Numbered from the whole stretch's first letter, positions 25,571 through 40,333 are shown. The stretch is DNA of 63,454 bases, filler included, from Choristocarpus tenellus KU-1152 (GCA_964200185.2; 11 parts of 11 records of this genome joined end to end with filler, not necessarily neighbours in it), one strand, 5' to 3'. Notes: generated from the letters alone by a model not told the origin. Program-made: numbers and translations.

Positions 25571-28500
25571 CTAAGCAAGAAGCTTCCCTCCTACGGAGTG
25601 GTGTTATCATCCCTCAACGTAGCTGATCGTGAGATCGTGGTGGAGGAGGTGCTGAAGCAGCTGCACTATGCCCTCTCCCCCAGCCCACCAGAATGGCATC
25701 AACTTCGAGTGTGTTTTGATGCTGTCAAAGGACTAAGTATCATTCAGATCACCAGAATTCCAGGAGTCCTCTCCCACCCTCACAACAGGAGTGCAGACAG
25801 TTGTGGTGCTAGAAACGAATGCAGCGGACATGAAGGAGAGGGAGAAGATCAATACCAAGAAGAGACGGTGATGCTTGCACTTGATTTAAAGCTCCAAGTT
25901 TCCCCCCTATGTGCATTACTTATGTCCTGGATCATAAGCTAGATTCAATGAATGTTTGGTCATTTTCCTTTTCCACAGGCATTTAGTACTTTTCTGTCTA
26001 TTTCCATTTGCCCAGTCTCCTTTTGTGTTGCTGTCCGTGTATTTCGTGTGTCCTTCCAGATCTATGCTCTTCCCCTGGGCCCCACTCTACATCCCACTTC
26101 AGGTGTGACCACAAATCCTAATAAGGCAAGAGATATTTCGGAAGTTCTGGAAGCCCACACGCCACCCCTGCCTACTTCTGCCAAGAATTTGGCCGTTGCG
26201 ATGGCAGGATTCAATATTTGCACTATCCTTCGAAGCCTCCACCCTAGAAGGCGGTCGCCCAAAGGTCAGCTTGCCTTACTTAGCACAGTATCAGTCTCAA
26301 AACCAGGGTGGGAAAGCTTTGAGGATGGAAGGAGTGGAATCAGGAACGTGAATGGGGGAAGTGATTGTGGTTGTACATGCTGCTACCAATGTACACTAGA
26401 GGTTGCATGTGATAAGGAAGCTGGGGGTGTGTCCATCCGTCACTTCCGCTTGGAAAGTCAAGAAGGACAAGTGCCCAGGTGAGGTTTCATGGGTATCCAG
26501 GGGAGTTAACTTTAGTGCAGTACAATAATCAATCTACCCAAGTTTGATATTCGTGTCAAGATTATTGTGATAGGGAGCAACAACAGCTCAGACGTTTCTC
26601 TTGCATTGAATGATTTCCAGCAATATTTGTTAGGTTTAGGGCTTTGGTAGGACTATCAGGTTTGCCCACATCTTGGTCATGTTTCATGTGTGGCACAGTA
26701 TCCTGTGTAAGATCCGCACCTGCCGTATAGCACTGCAAAACTCACCATACTCCAACTGCGATGGTCGATTCATCACTTCTTAATCATTGTGGTGTCAGTC
26801 TTCGAAGCATTGGAGTGAACGGCTTAGGTATCTCCCAGTTACCAATCACCCTTAAAGATATTCACGAAGTTTGGACCCAAGATGAAGCTAGCTCATGTGA
26901 AGAAGCAAAGGAAGCATACAGGGAAGAGGAGGGGGAGGTGGAGGAGGAGGAGAGGGAGAAAAATCGGGAACAAGATCAGGATAGGAACACTGAAGATATT
27001 GAAATGAACAAGCTGAGCACTACTGGGTTGGAGGATGGCCATGTCAACATCTGCGCCATTTCTACCGGCTCAGAGCAGCAGGTTGCTCAGGGGTCGGAAT
27101 CTGACTTTGTACTGTGCCATCAGAGAGACCAGGGCTGTACTGCACTTGACGGAGAGAATGGGGAGAACAGAAAAACAAATGAAGAGCAATATGTAGCTGT
27201 CATAGAGTCAAATTGTCGAGATTCTGAGAGAGATGTGCACCTCTCAGAAAAGGGGGTGTCATGTGGCGAGAAAGGCAACTTAACTATGAGAGTCAAACGC
27301 TTGCAGAACCCAGAAAACCAAGAAAAGTATCTTCCTGGGATGCTATCTGGTTCATCAGAATTGAGAGGTAGCATTGCTGAAGATCATCACAAAGAATATG
27401 GTTCTCCACTGAGAAACCCCAGTCGTGCTAGGTTAGATTCCTCTGGTGTGGATCGATTGGGTTTATCACATGAGAACAATGATGGTGAAAAAGTCCTCCT
27501 CTCACAGAAGGAAGTGGAAAAGGAATTGACTTGGGCTATCCCTTCAGTGTTTGAGGCATCCATGACAATACACACGCCTGCAAAGCACGTGCAAGGCACA
27601 GTGGAGTGTTTCTGCTTTTCAACAAATACAGACTTTGTAGATTCAAGAGAGGTGAGAATTCCCTGCAAGGATGACCTGGGCACACAAACAGACAGGAGGA
27701 AATGTGTGTACACGGGGAAGGATGATAACATGGAAATGGAATCAGGGCAAATTAACAGGGTTACAAATTCAGATATCAGACCAGAGTCTGCATGGGGTAG
27801 TGAGCACCATTGTGTGTACCACTTCCAGGGTTCTGACATTCATCTACTATATGATATTAACCTCGAAGACAATGAAGTTCAGGAGCGTCTGGAGAATGTC
27901 CTTCACAACGAATATGGGGTCACTATCGATGAGGTCCTAGCTACATTTTCCCCTGGGACAGACATTGAATCCAGTGAGGAAGTCACTACAGCACTAGCAA
28001 ATGGAGTCCGTAAACTCCTTCTGGCATCACATGTTTCAACTAAGGCAGGAAAGACATCTCAGGTGGCTGGCGAGTTAGTGGCATTGAGAAGGGTGGGAGG
28101 AAGCTCCGTCATGGAACCTTGTGCTGTGCGACATAGGATCGAGACCGCACTGCATGGTCCACCACCAGACTGGCGGGAGCTAGTGGTGTTGGTAAAGGCC
28201 TGCAGAGTATGTGAAGTATACATAATTGGGAACAATGGTGAGAATGCCGGGGTGAACATGGGAGAGGTCGAGTCAGGTGCAGAGCAATTTGCCATGGCCA
28301 GAACAATATGGGACTGCTCAACTGTTCAACCTGATCATCTGAAAAGGTACATGGAGTCCAATGGTATGCCATCTTCTGCTGTGCAAATGCTAGAGTTCAC
28401 TGGGTTTTTCAAAAAACATTTAATTGATCTCTCGACAGTAATAGCTAAATTGGCGCAGCTGTCACCTATAACTGACTTGCCCTCCCCCATTACTAAAAAG

Positions 28501-29440
28501 AGCACCATGGTATCCAAGGGTGTCAACGTTGAGCAAATGTTCCACACAATAGAGGTGCCATGTCAAGGAGAGATCCGAGTTGAAGTTGATATTCCTCCAG
28601 CAGGGATTGGTGGGCTTCAAGAGATTCATGTACTGGTAGTTGGGATATCAGGATCCCCTGCTAATGTGAATCTTGAAGTTAAGTGGGATACGACGGCAAT
28701 CACATCCGCAGCAGATACAGTATCTGTTCACCACAATATACCTGGTGAAGAAATGAAAATGCTGGGAGTATCAATTTCAAAATTACGCCCTCTGCATGTA
28801 TCCCACAAGGGTTACCTCACGAACTCCCTTGTCCAACACAACATATTACAGCAGACTTCCTCCTCTCCCTCTGTTCCCCTCCAGTCCATATCATTGGGGG
28901 GGGGCAATGAACAACCATCCAACCCTTCTAGAAATCGCAAAGAGATCTCTCCAAACATTTCGTTCCCTCTTGACCCCAGCACCAGCATCACTGTTGGTAG
29001 TAGTAATGCGGTTGTAGGACCTCCAGACAGGAGAGGGACTGTCAAAAATGAGGGTAGTCGAGCCAAGGAAGGCGTTCTTGAGGTCGGGTCAAGGGTAGAG
29101 GCGAGGTTTCGTGGCAAAGGTGAATGGTATCCTGGAGTGGTGACTGCTGTATCTAGCATCAATATAGATGGTCCTCTTGATGGCGCAGACAGGGCAATTG
29201 GAATCACAGCCACAGTTAAGTATGACGATGGAGATATAGAGGAGGGTGTTCCACGTTTGCGGATCCGCTTCCCGGGCCAGAAACAGCCATGGGAGCTCAA
29301 TGAAGGTGCTGTGGTGGATGTAAGACGACGTGGGAAGAAAATCATGTCACCAGGGTGGATTGTTCGTGCCACATATGGGGAACGATGTGGAAGGGGTGGT
29401 GGAAGTAGAAGGGAGGGTACGTATGGCATCAAGTTAGTGG
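25571..29440 (+). CDS. Large multi-exon protein with C-terminal tandem Tudor/Agenet-like domains (partial at both ends)
   Basis: Phase-compatible exons 25571-25897, 26060-26478 and 26799-29440 (runs into the linker). The C-terminal LEVGSRVEARFRGKGEWYPGVV…VKYDDGDIEEGV followed by LNEGAVVDVRRRGKK…PGWIVR…TYGIKL is Tudor-like. Confidence 0.8.
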
Positions 29441-29689
29441 NNNNNNNNNNNNNNNNNNNNNNNNNNNNNNNNNNNNNNNNNNNNTTAATTAATTAANNNN
29501 NNNNNNNNNNNNNNNNNNNNNNNNNNNNNNNNNNNNNNNNCCCCCCAGATACTTTGGGTCCGTACATGGGTAAGGATGGAGGAAATGCAGAATTGAAGGA
29601 GTCAACTATGAATGAAACTGATGATGGTATGCGATGTTGAATATCTACTTCCAATCAGTGTACGTTATATGCTTTACTGATCTGTTGAT

Positions 29690-29929
29690 GGGTGAAAGTA
29701 TCTTAGAGGGTACGAGTTTTGCCCTGTTTATCTATTTGGGGCTTGACTTCCCATGGGTTTTTTTAATGAAATTTTCATACTCCAAAATGTGTACGTTATG
29801 AAAAGGTGTGTCCGGAACAAGGGTATTGACACTTCCTAACAAACATGATAGCCAAAATTACATCTAAATTACAACATTGGATTTTGGCCCCAAATGGACG
29901 CGCCCCTACCCCCTAAGATACTTTGGCTG
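29690..29929 (+). mobile_element. MITE family B
   Basis: GGGTGAAAGTATCTTAGAGGGTACGAG…CTACCCCCTAAGATACTTTGGCT; body shared with six other copies. Confidence 0.85.
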
Positions 29930-30367
29930 GGTCCTCCCATCTGGTTAGTGGGAATCACTGATATGTTCAATTGGCCGTATTTGCTTCAATGCTATGGACT
30001 TCATTGGGGTTGGTGAGATCGACAAGCCTTGCTGAATTGTGTAATCTTCACGTTTCCTCTTTGGCTGCTATAGGTGTGGACGATCGGTGTCATTTCCAAG
30101 GGTTTTTACAGCCAAATAATATGTGTTTCGAGTGAATCTTTCCCCCTCATCACCCCCAACATTGAATGTTTTCTAATGTACTGCTGTTTGTGAAGGAATT
30201 TCGGACAAGATAGACAAAATTAATTTGATTTGTTGCGATAAGGGTTGAGGGATGTTGTATGGGAATTGCTACAAGACTCACACCAATACGAACAATAGAA
30301 GTGTACAGTTATGCCAATAGGGTTATTTTCATGCTCCAACTTCTTCCCAACACTCTGTCCACTCTAG

Positions 30368-33300
30368 GTCCAAAAATGTATTACTATGAGGTCATTGAGT
30401 GCGGTAGGAGGATTCTACTTACCGGGGCACTAATCTTTATTGAGCCACAGTCAGCAGCTCAGGCTGCCATCGCCTGCCTTTTTGCTTTTTTGAGTCTACT
30501 TGGATTTGAGTTGCTCCGCCCACACCTGGACGAGGGGGATTCCTGGCTGTATCGCTTGGTGAGTATTTTTTTCGCTTCACTTCGCGCATTTTATTGTACA
30601 AAACCTTGGGTGCAGAATCATGATAAGAAACGTTTGGTTCTCGCTCAAGAATGTGGGAATATTATGCTAAATTTTAGATATGTGACAGTTGTGAGCAAGC
30701 AATATCGGAAGACAAAAGAAAAACTATCCTAACACAAGAAGCATGACTTACAGGAAGACCTCTGTCAAGAGGCTTGAGCGACCTGTCATTCTGGGGTCTT
30801 ACCTACCCCAGACCCAAAATAGACCTACATCCAAGCTGTTCCAAACATGTGCTGTGGGTCTGTTTGTGAAGGAGTATGATCAAAATGTGGTGGATAAGTT
30901 TGGCCAGGCAAAGAAATTTGAGCTCCTCTCTCACTACCACATGAGCGGGTTATTGTAAACTCCACTTTCCATATCAATTATTGGGAGCCCTCCTGCAGCC
31001 TTGAAGCATCTACATGTGCTGCTTCCTTCATGTGCTCCCTGACCATGTGTTCCAATATCCCACTACCAGCAGCTGGACTTCTCCACACATTGTAAGTGAA
31101 GCTCTACAAACCGCTTGTGTTATTTATTTGATGGCTACCCCAGCTCAAGGTCGACAGTGGGTCAAGGTAAACGAGAGGTACCCAGAGTTGCATTTGAAGG
31201 ATGCTGGCAAATATGTATAAACTCGGCTTTTATTTGACAAATGTGTGTAGGATATTTTCGGAATTGCTTGAATAGGTTTCAAACAATAGATAAAATCAGC
31301 CCTCTCATTGTTCTACATTCAGGTAGAAGCAATCTCACTTCTCCACCAACAAACAGACCAACCAGTCTCTTCTCATACCTCATTTGTCACTCCAATGGTT
31401 CGCCTAGCTCAGGTGGAGGATCACGTTTGCGATATGCAAGTCTCAGCATCAATATATTCCTCCTACTCCCCTTCTGTGACGTCGGATCCACATTACCCAT
31501 GCTTGCATGCAATGTACACTCTGATACTCTCTCCACATTCAACCCCCGCTCACTGGCTGGTTCCCCAGGGCCATACACAAATTCCATAGCATCATCTTGC
31601 TCAGACTCGTCCACAATTCCTCCACTCAAACCTGAAACACTTCCTCGAATATGAAACCCCATCGCCAGTCCTGTCAGACACCAGTTTGGTGTAAGGTTCC
31701 CACGCAAAGCCCCGACAATAGACTATTTGCCTTGAATTGAGACGTAGGACCTGCAGTGAATCGGAAGGTCGACTGGTGGAAAGTTTCGTCATCAAAAACA
31801 TGGTTTCAATATTATCCAAGCGTTTATCCACTCTCCCCTACCTCTTGAACTTAAGTGGCAAAATATGGGGATGAGTAGAATCACGATAAAACTTTTTGAA
31901 TGGGGACTTCCTGTAGGGATTATAAGGCGTGGGGGAACAGTGTTTTCTCAATGCCGTACAAATTTGAGGGTAGGAATCTTTCCAACATAATCAAGGGGCC
32001 ATCACTTGAAATGTCCATGATTCTCGGACCCTGTAGAACAGTGGTACCTCAATTAATAACATCACAGTTTGTGGGATGGAATCCTTGCTGGACTGTTTTC
32101 CTGAGTCCCTATGACGGGAGGATGATAGAACGTGAGAAGGGTTAGATTGATATGGCCACTTTGAGAGAGCGTGCAATTTGTAGAGTGATGACCAATAGAT
32201 TATGTAGGGTGATGACCCATAGATTATGCTGGGAAGTGAGTGAAAGTATGTTTGAGGGTATGAGTTTTTCCCTGTTTGCCCATTTAAGTCTTGGCTTCCC
32301 ACGGGTTATTAATGACATTTTATCCACTCCAAAATGTTTCGGAATAGGTAAAATGCGCATGTTATGAAAATGTGTGTCCGGAACAAGGATATCGACATCT
32401 CCAAACAAACAAAATAGCCAAAATCACATCAAAATTGGAACATTGGATTTTGACCCCCGAATGGACCTAGATACTGATTTTGGAAGAATATGATATACCA
32501 CTGTTCCACAGGGTCAGACAGTTCCAGTGACTCTCTTCCCCAGTCCAACAGTGGTATATTAGAATTTATCTCAAACATTGCAGGAGTGAAAAAAATGGAT
32601 ACTCGTCCCAGCATTTTTAGTTTCGATTAATCTGTGAATTCATCAAATCGGACCGATCCAATTGCTACATTTCACATCCCCATATTTTATTTGCACTTGG
32701 AGTAGTTTTTTTCAGAACTGGTGTTTTCAATGGAAGTATTTTCATCTAAATGCCACCAACGATTGTGGAATACACTTATTTCCGCCATGTTAGAAATCGG
32801 CAATTGGTAGAGCTGTGTATGATGCTATTCCTATTCCCTGACCAAAAACATCAATTCCACATACACCCTGAACAGTTTATATTTTCGGTCATAACGTACT
32901 ACTTTCATAACTGGAACTCTACATTCTTTTTTCTGTGTAGGCTTCAAAAACTAATCTTGAGTATCAACCTCTCCAGAGCACTCCAATGGAAATATTCCGT
33001 ACTATATATTTAACACGAGATTTTGGGTGTTCGTTCTCATTTCCACAATACTGGACATTAGAGAAGGATTTGGGATTCTGGATGAAGATGTGATTTTCCA
33101 TGGTTCCGATTCTGCCAGACCAGCTGGAACTTGAACAGTAGACTTCACAATAATTCTCTAGCTACTTCAAAGATGAGTCTGTAATAATATAGAATTGCGA
33201 GATACTGTTAGGATTGATATTTCGCTTTTTGTGTCAAGTTGTTCAAAGTACCTCTGTCCATCTCTCTCTCCGACATACAGAGGGGCATAAGTTCAAGGAT

Positions 33301-34055
33301 GTACTTACTCCTAAACTCGCACAAACCTGCTCACTAACGCTTTTTTCGTCCAATGTGGCATGATCTGTTCAAATTGACTTAACAAAAATGGAGCTTGTAT
33401 TTCTGCTTAGTTGTCTTGTTGTGATTTGCTGTGCATATAAACATCAGCTTGGTATCTTGACAACTTTGATGCTAAATTGCTTCGGAATAACCTTTGATAC
33501 CAATAGCACCTACCCCGTGTGAATCATGGCGGACTTCTTTTGCAGGGCTGTGTAATCGTGTTCTTGAGTAACTTCCTAGGCCTACTCATCAAAGTCGATA
33601 TATCAAATGATGAAGGCATTACCCAAGAGGTCTTCGGTGTCCTACTTGTCATGGTGAACATAGTATTGCTGTTGGCCATCTGGGGAACGACATATTTCAG
33701 TACGCAACAGATGGTTGATGAGACACGAGATAGGGAGGAGTACAACGACATGGCTGTTATGATGGGGTTCAGAAGGCCCGCACCTGCTTCCTCCCTTCAC
33801 CTGTTGGGTCCATCTCAGGCATACACAAAAACGAGAGAGCTCACTGAGGAACAGTGTATTCAGAGAACAGGCACCACCCTCTTCCCTGCATTGGAGGTAC
33901 TAGACGCTGAGGACATGCCACCAAGAAACTGGCGCGTTGGAGACATTTCAAGGGCCGCTGGTATACTGAACAGTCCCTTGGGTGCCGATGAAAAGGAAGA
34001 TGCAATGGTGGGGTTCGAGAGAGATCGAGTAGGGCTCTCTACTGCTTTTAAGTAG
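30368..34055 (+). CDS. Last two exons of a brown-algal adhesin-like / 'polymorphic membrane protein'-type gene with a multi-pass TM C-terminus
   Basis: Exon 30368-30558 (PKMYYYEVIECGRRILLTGALIFI…FELLRPH…DSWLYRL|GTGAGT) and exon 33546-34055 (GCVIVFLSNFLGLLIKVD…FGVLLVMVNIVLLLAIW) join in phase 0. The motifs are typical of this expanded phaeophyte family. Confidence 0.82.
32238..32476 (+). mobile_element. MITE family B, eroded right end, intronic
   Basis: Body GTGTCCGGAACAAGGATATCGAC…ACATTGGATTTTGACCCC shared with family B. Confidence 0.8.
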
Positions 34056-35601
34056 GTGGGCAGTAGCCACACAGCACCCTCAATAGAATTCATGCATTAT
34101 GTGAACGATTTTAGTGATGTTGGTAGAGGGAGTTTGTTGTGATATTTGGTCCTGCTGCCTCTAAGGTTTAGTAAGGGTTAGGGTTAGAGAGTGTTTTTTA
34201 TCAGAGTTTTTTTTGGTACCTGCAGCTTGGAGCAATGTGGTACTTCACCATATGCAGTGAGCGTGCTTAGCATTTTTTTAGTGTTTTGGTCAGTACAAAC
34301 TGGCGGAGGGGCTAAGGTCGAGTGAGGATGATTGCAAGAGCAACCACTGACATGGGGAAGAGAGAGGTTGGGAAGGGGGGGGGAGACAGTGCAGTTGTCC
34401 ATGGGGGATNNNNNNNNNNNNNNNNNNNNNNNNNNNNNNNNNNNNNNNNNNNNTTAATTAATTAANNNNNNNNNNNNNNNNNNNNNNNNNNNNNNNNNNN
34501 NNNNNNNNNCCCCCCCAAGATACTTTGACCCTGCGTCGTAAATCAAGCCAGCCCATTAGAGGTATTGTACCAACCTTGGGTGTCGCATCCCTGCTTCCCT
34601 TATTCTTTGATCCTTCTCCTGCCTAATATGACATTGCTGAACACTTTTCTTGTCCGTGCCCTGTTCTATGTGTATCTGGACAGTACAACGAGGGTGACAA
34701 CATAATTGGCATCCAGGAGACTCATGTGAGGTCTACACGCACAGCATCCCACAGTCCACAGACCTCATAATATGGCTGATCCTGGAATATAGTGCATTTC
34801 TATTTCTGCCATTGTTCATGCTAGCATGGGGTGTTTAGTATCTATTGGACTCCAATGACCTGACAGCTGTTGACATCACCTGCTCTTCTTCCTCAAGAGC
34901 CAAACCCTGCGCTAATTCCAGTTTCCTAGCATTCCACCCTATGGTTTCCCAATCCTACCACTCCCACCAGGATATCCTAGACTCAGCGTGTATTGACGTT
35001 TTGTGTATGAGTGTCTTCTCAACATTGCACACATAGTACTCTTCGAGTAGGTCGGAACTGGTTTGATTCAGGCTGAAGAACATGTGCTGAAGATTCGCTT
35101 GAAACTTCAAGAGTGAAATGGATATCATATACGGGGACAGATCCTTGGACACTGGTATATAGACTTCTACCTATATCCACTACAACCAACCCTACAAGCT
35201 TGATGCACCTATATTTTATGTACTTCCTCTTTGATAAGTGGAGTTTTTGTCTTGCAGTATACATTCTAGTTATCCTGATTTACATCATGTCTGCACGTGC
35301 AGCAATAAAATACTTTGAAGTACCTTAGTACAAATATATGCAATGAAGGGCAGAATGTAAGAGTAAGAAGCACACAACCAACACTCTGTGGTAAACAAAA
35401 ACAATATGGTACAACAATAACGATAGAGGTCAAATTGGATATTCCAACGTGCCTTCACCACCCACTAAACTTCATGTGCCGCATTCTTCACTTTGACAAC
35501 TGCAATCACGCAACAATTATTTTCATCAAATTCCACCAAGCTACACCATAGAGCACAACATCAATAATGTCACTCAATGCCATAACTGTGTTCAACACTA
35601 G

Positions 35602-37210
35602 GCCTTCCAATCAGACATGGCTGACACATTGGAGGGCATCAAGATGTCCGTTCAGCCAACTCTCATTCTAACTGATGTTAATATGGTGAACAACCAAGCT
35701 CTCCTGGCTCTTGTGGTAGCCCCTTTGGTGGAGGGTACGGAGCAGTTTGGAGTCAGGTGCAGAACAATATATGACTAGATTTTGAAAAGGTCGAGATCAT
35801 CTTCTTCTGCTGCGCAAGTGGATATGCCAATTGGAAGAAAATATTTATATCTATGCTAATAATTGTGCAGTAAACTTCAAGAAATTACAAACAACGATTC
35901 ACATGATGTATTCAGGTTCCCCCGCTCCTCGTATGCGTCAATTATGGCATAGGGAAGTTGTGATCCCCCCAAGTTCCTGTATGTACAACTTCCCCTCTTT
36001 GATGCAAAGAACCTGAGTCCCGGCTTGAATACCCATGACCTGTTCACAACCTTACATTGTGCCATGCCACAAACCCTGGTTTATTTTCATCCAACATGGC
36101 CCTTCAGATTATACACTATTCCAATAAAATGAGATCTCCCTGACCACCTATAAAATAATTTCTGTTTCAACCATATCATTACCTTTTGTTGCGCTGGTTT
36201 TTGTCGTTGAACTAAGTGAGGAAAATGGAGATGATACAGAGTGAATCAAGGTACACGAGAGGTACCCAGAGTTGTATTTAAAGATGGTGGCAAATATGTG
36301 CAAAGATTCGGCTTTTTTGACAAATGAGTATGTAGGATATTTTCTGTATTGTATCCAATTTTTTCAAACAATAGAGAAATCAACCCTGGCAAGTCAAACG
36401 TAGTACCTCACCCACACAAATATGAGTGAATTACAAAAATTGAGAAACTGACTTATAATGCAAAACTGCCAAAAAGTTGTGGACCTATGAAAGTACTACA
36501 CCTATATTTCCTGTTTTGTGAACTATGTCATGCAGCGGTGTAGAACCCATATTGTGTTGTAATAATGCAGCCCACTATTTTAAATGTGTGCCTAACCTCT
36601 GAGGAGGAGACAAGGCTGAAATTTTCCTTATGCTCTGAGTGTTGTCTCCTTTTTTACCTTTCCAACTAAGACACACTCCCAAACACTATTGTTTCTTCGC
36701 CAACCATTCTACTCAGTGACCTTCTTCTTTGCACACAATCCTGCTTAGGAGTTCTTCCTTGCCTTACTTACAAAACCCCAATCAAGAATTCCCTGTCAGC
36801 AAGCTTCATACATATCCTTCCCTCAATGGTCCATTTTGGTTGTTTAACTTGTTCACGCAATGCCCTTTACACCGTGAGTGTTATGACACCCTCTCTCAAT
36901 GTGCTCAAAGCTAATATATGGACTGTGCATTGACCTTGCGAATAACCTCTGTATCGGGCTGAAATATTGTATCATGGGGGTGGGCATAAATATTCCCTTT
37001 AGGATCATGAAGCGGTCCTGCTGGGATTATAATACTGCAATCCGCTCAGCATGTGCCAATCTCAGAGTAGAGGACCTTCTTGCGAGCAGCAGGTGCAGAG
37101 AAGGGAGGACAGGGGGAGTGCAGGAGGAGGAAGGAGGAAGGATTAGGTCTTCAATGGACGAGGGCTTTAACCTCCTGAGCTCTGTGGTTGATTTCCAGTC
37201 CATACAACAG
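35602..37210 (+). CDS. Two putative internal exons of an unidentified gene
   Basis: 35602(or 35615)-35756 (…DTLEGIKMSVQPTLILTDVNMVNNQALLALVVAPLVEGTEQFGVR) and 37003-37210 (IMKRSCWDYNTAIRSACANLRVEDLL…LLSSVVDFQSIQQ) are stop-free, AG/GT-bounded and phase-2 compatible. Confidence 0.42.
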
Positions 37211-40033
37211 GTGTGCGGAATGTCTTGATAGAGGGCACTTTGTCCAAGACTACTACACGAGAGAAAAAAGGTTGATGGTGTTGTACCTCCCATCTTCATC
37301 ATTGGTTTCTAACCATCAGTAATGCAATTCATAGGTGATAGCAGGGGTGGTTATCAAGATACATATATGTATATATTTTTTCTGCAAAACAGTTCACAGA
37401 TTTTCCTCATGACATGTGATAATCACATATTCAAATCGTAGGGGGTCGTGACAGTACATTCATACAAATGATTCGAAAATCTTGCATTAGAAGTTTAACT
37501 GAAAAGGGTGTGCGTACCCACAACTGATACAGTCATGCACATGGGATGCAAGGTCTATAATTATCAAGGAAACAGACCTGCAGTGTAGTCGCAATCGGAG
37601 AGCTACTTCTTCGTGACACTGAAAAAAAATGCAATCTCTGCGTGTGCATAACTTGTCGCAGCCATTTTTTAAAGCTAGTGGTTAGGCCTTCTTTCTCAGC
37701 ATCTAAGGATTTCTTTCAGTCATAAAATGTCTGTGAGAAGTGTAGCATGATGTGCATTACTGAACAAAGTGACTGTTGATCATAATACCGTACTTTGAAA
37801 GGTAGAACTCAAGACTTGTCATGGTAGTAGTGACTACCACACACAGTAATGAGCTCAGTGTTGGATGGGAGGGTTACCATATTGTGATCATTACTGTGGT
37901 AGGATTTTGACCATTGAAGTAGCTACCACACTGTAGTATAGAAGTGCCACAAGTACCATGGAAAGACAAAGGGAATTTGCAATGCACGTTCAGGAACACA
38001 ACTTGCGGTACAAATATTGTGCTACTACTGTATTATCCAAGCCTGGGACCAAATTGTATGGATGTATTGATATATTGTACACTGTCAGGGATCGTTTAAG
38101 TCTGCTTAGTTTTGATCTTAGCACCTTCGCAGTGGAAAGGTTTAGTGGCTCGGTAATAAAACAAAGAGGTCCCTTGGTGAGGTGGTCACAAGTGTAGTAG
38201 GAGGGAGAGGGGTTGGGGGGTACAGTAGGAAAGGGGCTGCCAAGGTTCGTTTGAGACAAATAGTATATATCCCTGCATAACAAGTAGCTCTCTCAAGGCT
38301 TGCCATGCGTTTCAAGGTGAGACTGTAGGCCAAAGGGTAAGAGGGGGTCTTGAAATTCCTTCCTAGCTTCTCCTCAACCACCCTTGTAGGGCTATGTAGA
38401 CCAGGAGCATAGCAGTGAGTGCACTTCTGTATATAGGGAACAATGGAAATTGTCGTATACTGTGTGGATCGGTTTTAATATGGAAGTAGATTGGAAACGA
38501 CAGCTATTGTATGTACAAGAAGTTATTGTTTCAATCTTCGTCTTATCCCTCCCTTGACAGGTCTGAAAAATGTCTGCTGTTGGGTATAATATCTTTGTTC
38601 TAGTATGTATTATTTGTTTTACCAGGTATATTTTATGCTGTTTTCTGTACGACATGCACAATGTATAATTTGACAAACTATTATTTGTGGGGTAGCGTTG
38701 GAGTTGCTTGTTACCCTCGCCACAGCTTTTTTATTAATGAGACGGGCAATAGAGGTGCATGGCCCTAACTCTAACACTAACACTGAAACTGACACTGTGA
38801 CGCCGACACTGACACTAACACAAACACAAACCCTAGCACCTCCCTACTCCGTTGGAATTGTCAAAAACGCTGCTGTGGCAAACTCCAACATCAAAAGATG
38901 AACCAGATTCCATTACTCTTGCGTATCCTCATGTTTCAGTGGCTAATTTGGAGGTTGCAACCCTATCAACGATACCAGACCTAGTCTTGTTTCGAATAAT
39001 TGATATTCTATCACTATTAAACAATAAAACCACCCAACTTAGAAGAGCAAAAGGTAGCAAAGCCTTCATTGAGGTCGAAGGGGACAAGATTAGAGGTCAC
39101 TGTGGAAAACTGCGGAACAACTGTACCATCCCTTCCAAAACTCAAAAATCGATGGAATCAATGTATGCCACAGTAGTAGTGCTTGTCACATAGTTTTGGT
39201 CTTTGGTTTTCCCCCTCCATGTCTACAAAATGTCAGAGGGCACAATTATAATGTACCGCACCGTGTAAAAAAAAAAAATTACCACTCCTGTACCATACAG
39301 TACCATACAGTACACCCTTTGTTTAATAATCGCGACTCCCGTACTNNNNNNNNNNNNNNNNNNNNNNNNNNNNNNNNNNNNNNNNNNNNTTAATTAATTA
39401 ANNNNNNNNNNNNNNNNNNNNNNNNNNNNNNNNNNNNNNNNNNNNATATATAGTTTTCATTGGTTTCCCCCCTGACACATCTGCAAAATGTCAGAGGACA
39501 TAATAATATAATAATAAGTCAACATTCATTCACACGTAGGTGATAACGGCTGGCTGGCGGGCAAATAATGATTCAGTGTATGTTTTACCGTGTAACTCAA
39601 CTACTAGCTTTCGGCGACGAGCCTTATATGCGCCAAGTTCTTCAACACGCTTAAACCCAATGTGCTGTGCAGGTCTCAAATCGTAGGTACCCCAGTATGT
39701 ACTTCGAAGCAATTTTTTTTTTATCCGATATAATTCTCCAATCCAAACATGCGTAAAACGTTGTCAAAGCCCACAACACGTATGTCCAATACACCTTAGT
39801 AACCCATTTTGTGTCCACAGTATTTACCAAAATAGTGACTCAAAGTGTTGATCTTATCATATGAAAGTAATGTTGCCCAGAGTGTATTCCTTAATTGTCT
39901 CTAGCTTATCACTTCTCTACTCATCCACTTACTGACCCATACCCAACCATACCCAATCACAACCCCATCATATACCATGTGGTACACAACAATGTATCAC
40001 TGACCCGGCCATCTACCTGCACCAATACCCTAG

Positions 40034-40333
40034 ACAAAGTCCTTTTCGGTGGCTGAGGTTGCACTGGATCGCGGTATACTTACAGGCCTTGCAGAAGCAG
40101 TCACATCACATGTGGTAAAACACTTCAAAAGGGCTGGGGGGGGGCGAAAGTCACTACAGGGGCTTGTGGTAGATATGGGAAACATGGTTGGGGGTGGGTA
40201 TGCTGACCTCCTTCCCAGGGCGAAGGGAATGGAAATCGTAGAGAGGATAGAACGGTCCAGAAGGGGTGAGGGGATAGGAAGAATTATACATATGCAACAG
40301 GAGAGGGGCAATGGTGATGAGAACACAGTATAG
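40034..40333 (+). CDS. Putative terminal exon of an unidentified gene, convergent with the kinase
   Basis: Acceptor CCCTAG followed by KVLSVAEVALDRGILTGLAEAVTSHVVKHFKR…ENTV*. Helical protein-like composition, no domain recognised. Confidence 0.35.
   Translation, partial: TKSFSVAEVALDRGILTGLAEAVTSHVVKHFKRAGGGRKSLQGLVVDMGNMVGGGYADLLPRAKGMEIVERIERSRRGEGIGRIIHMQQERGNGDENTV

Noticed and set aside
31241-33200. Nested gene in the adhesin-like intron
   Set aside because: Only short ORFs interrupted by stops and MITEs; probably decayed TE sequence that I could not classify.
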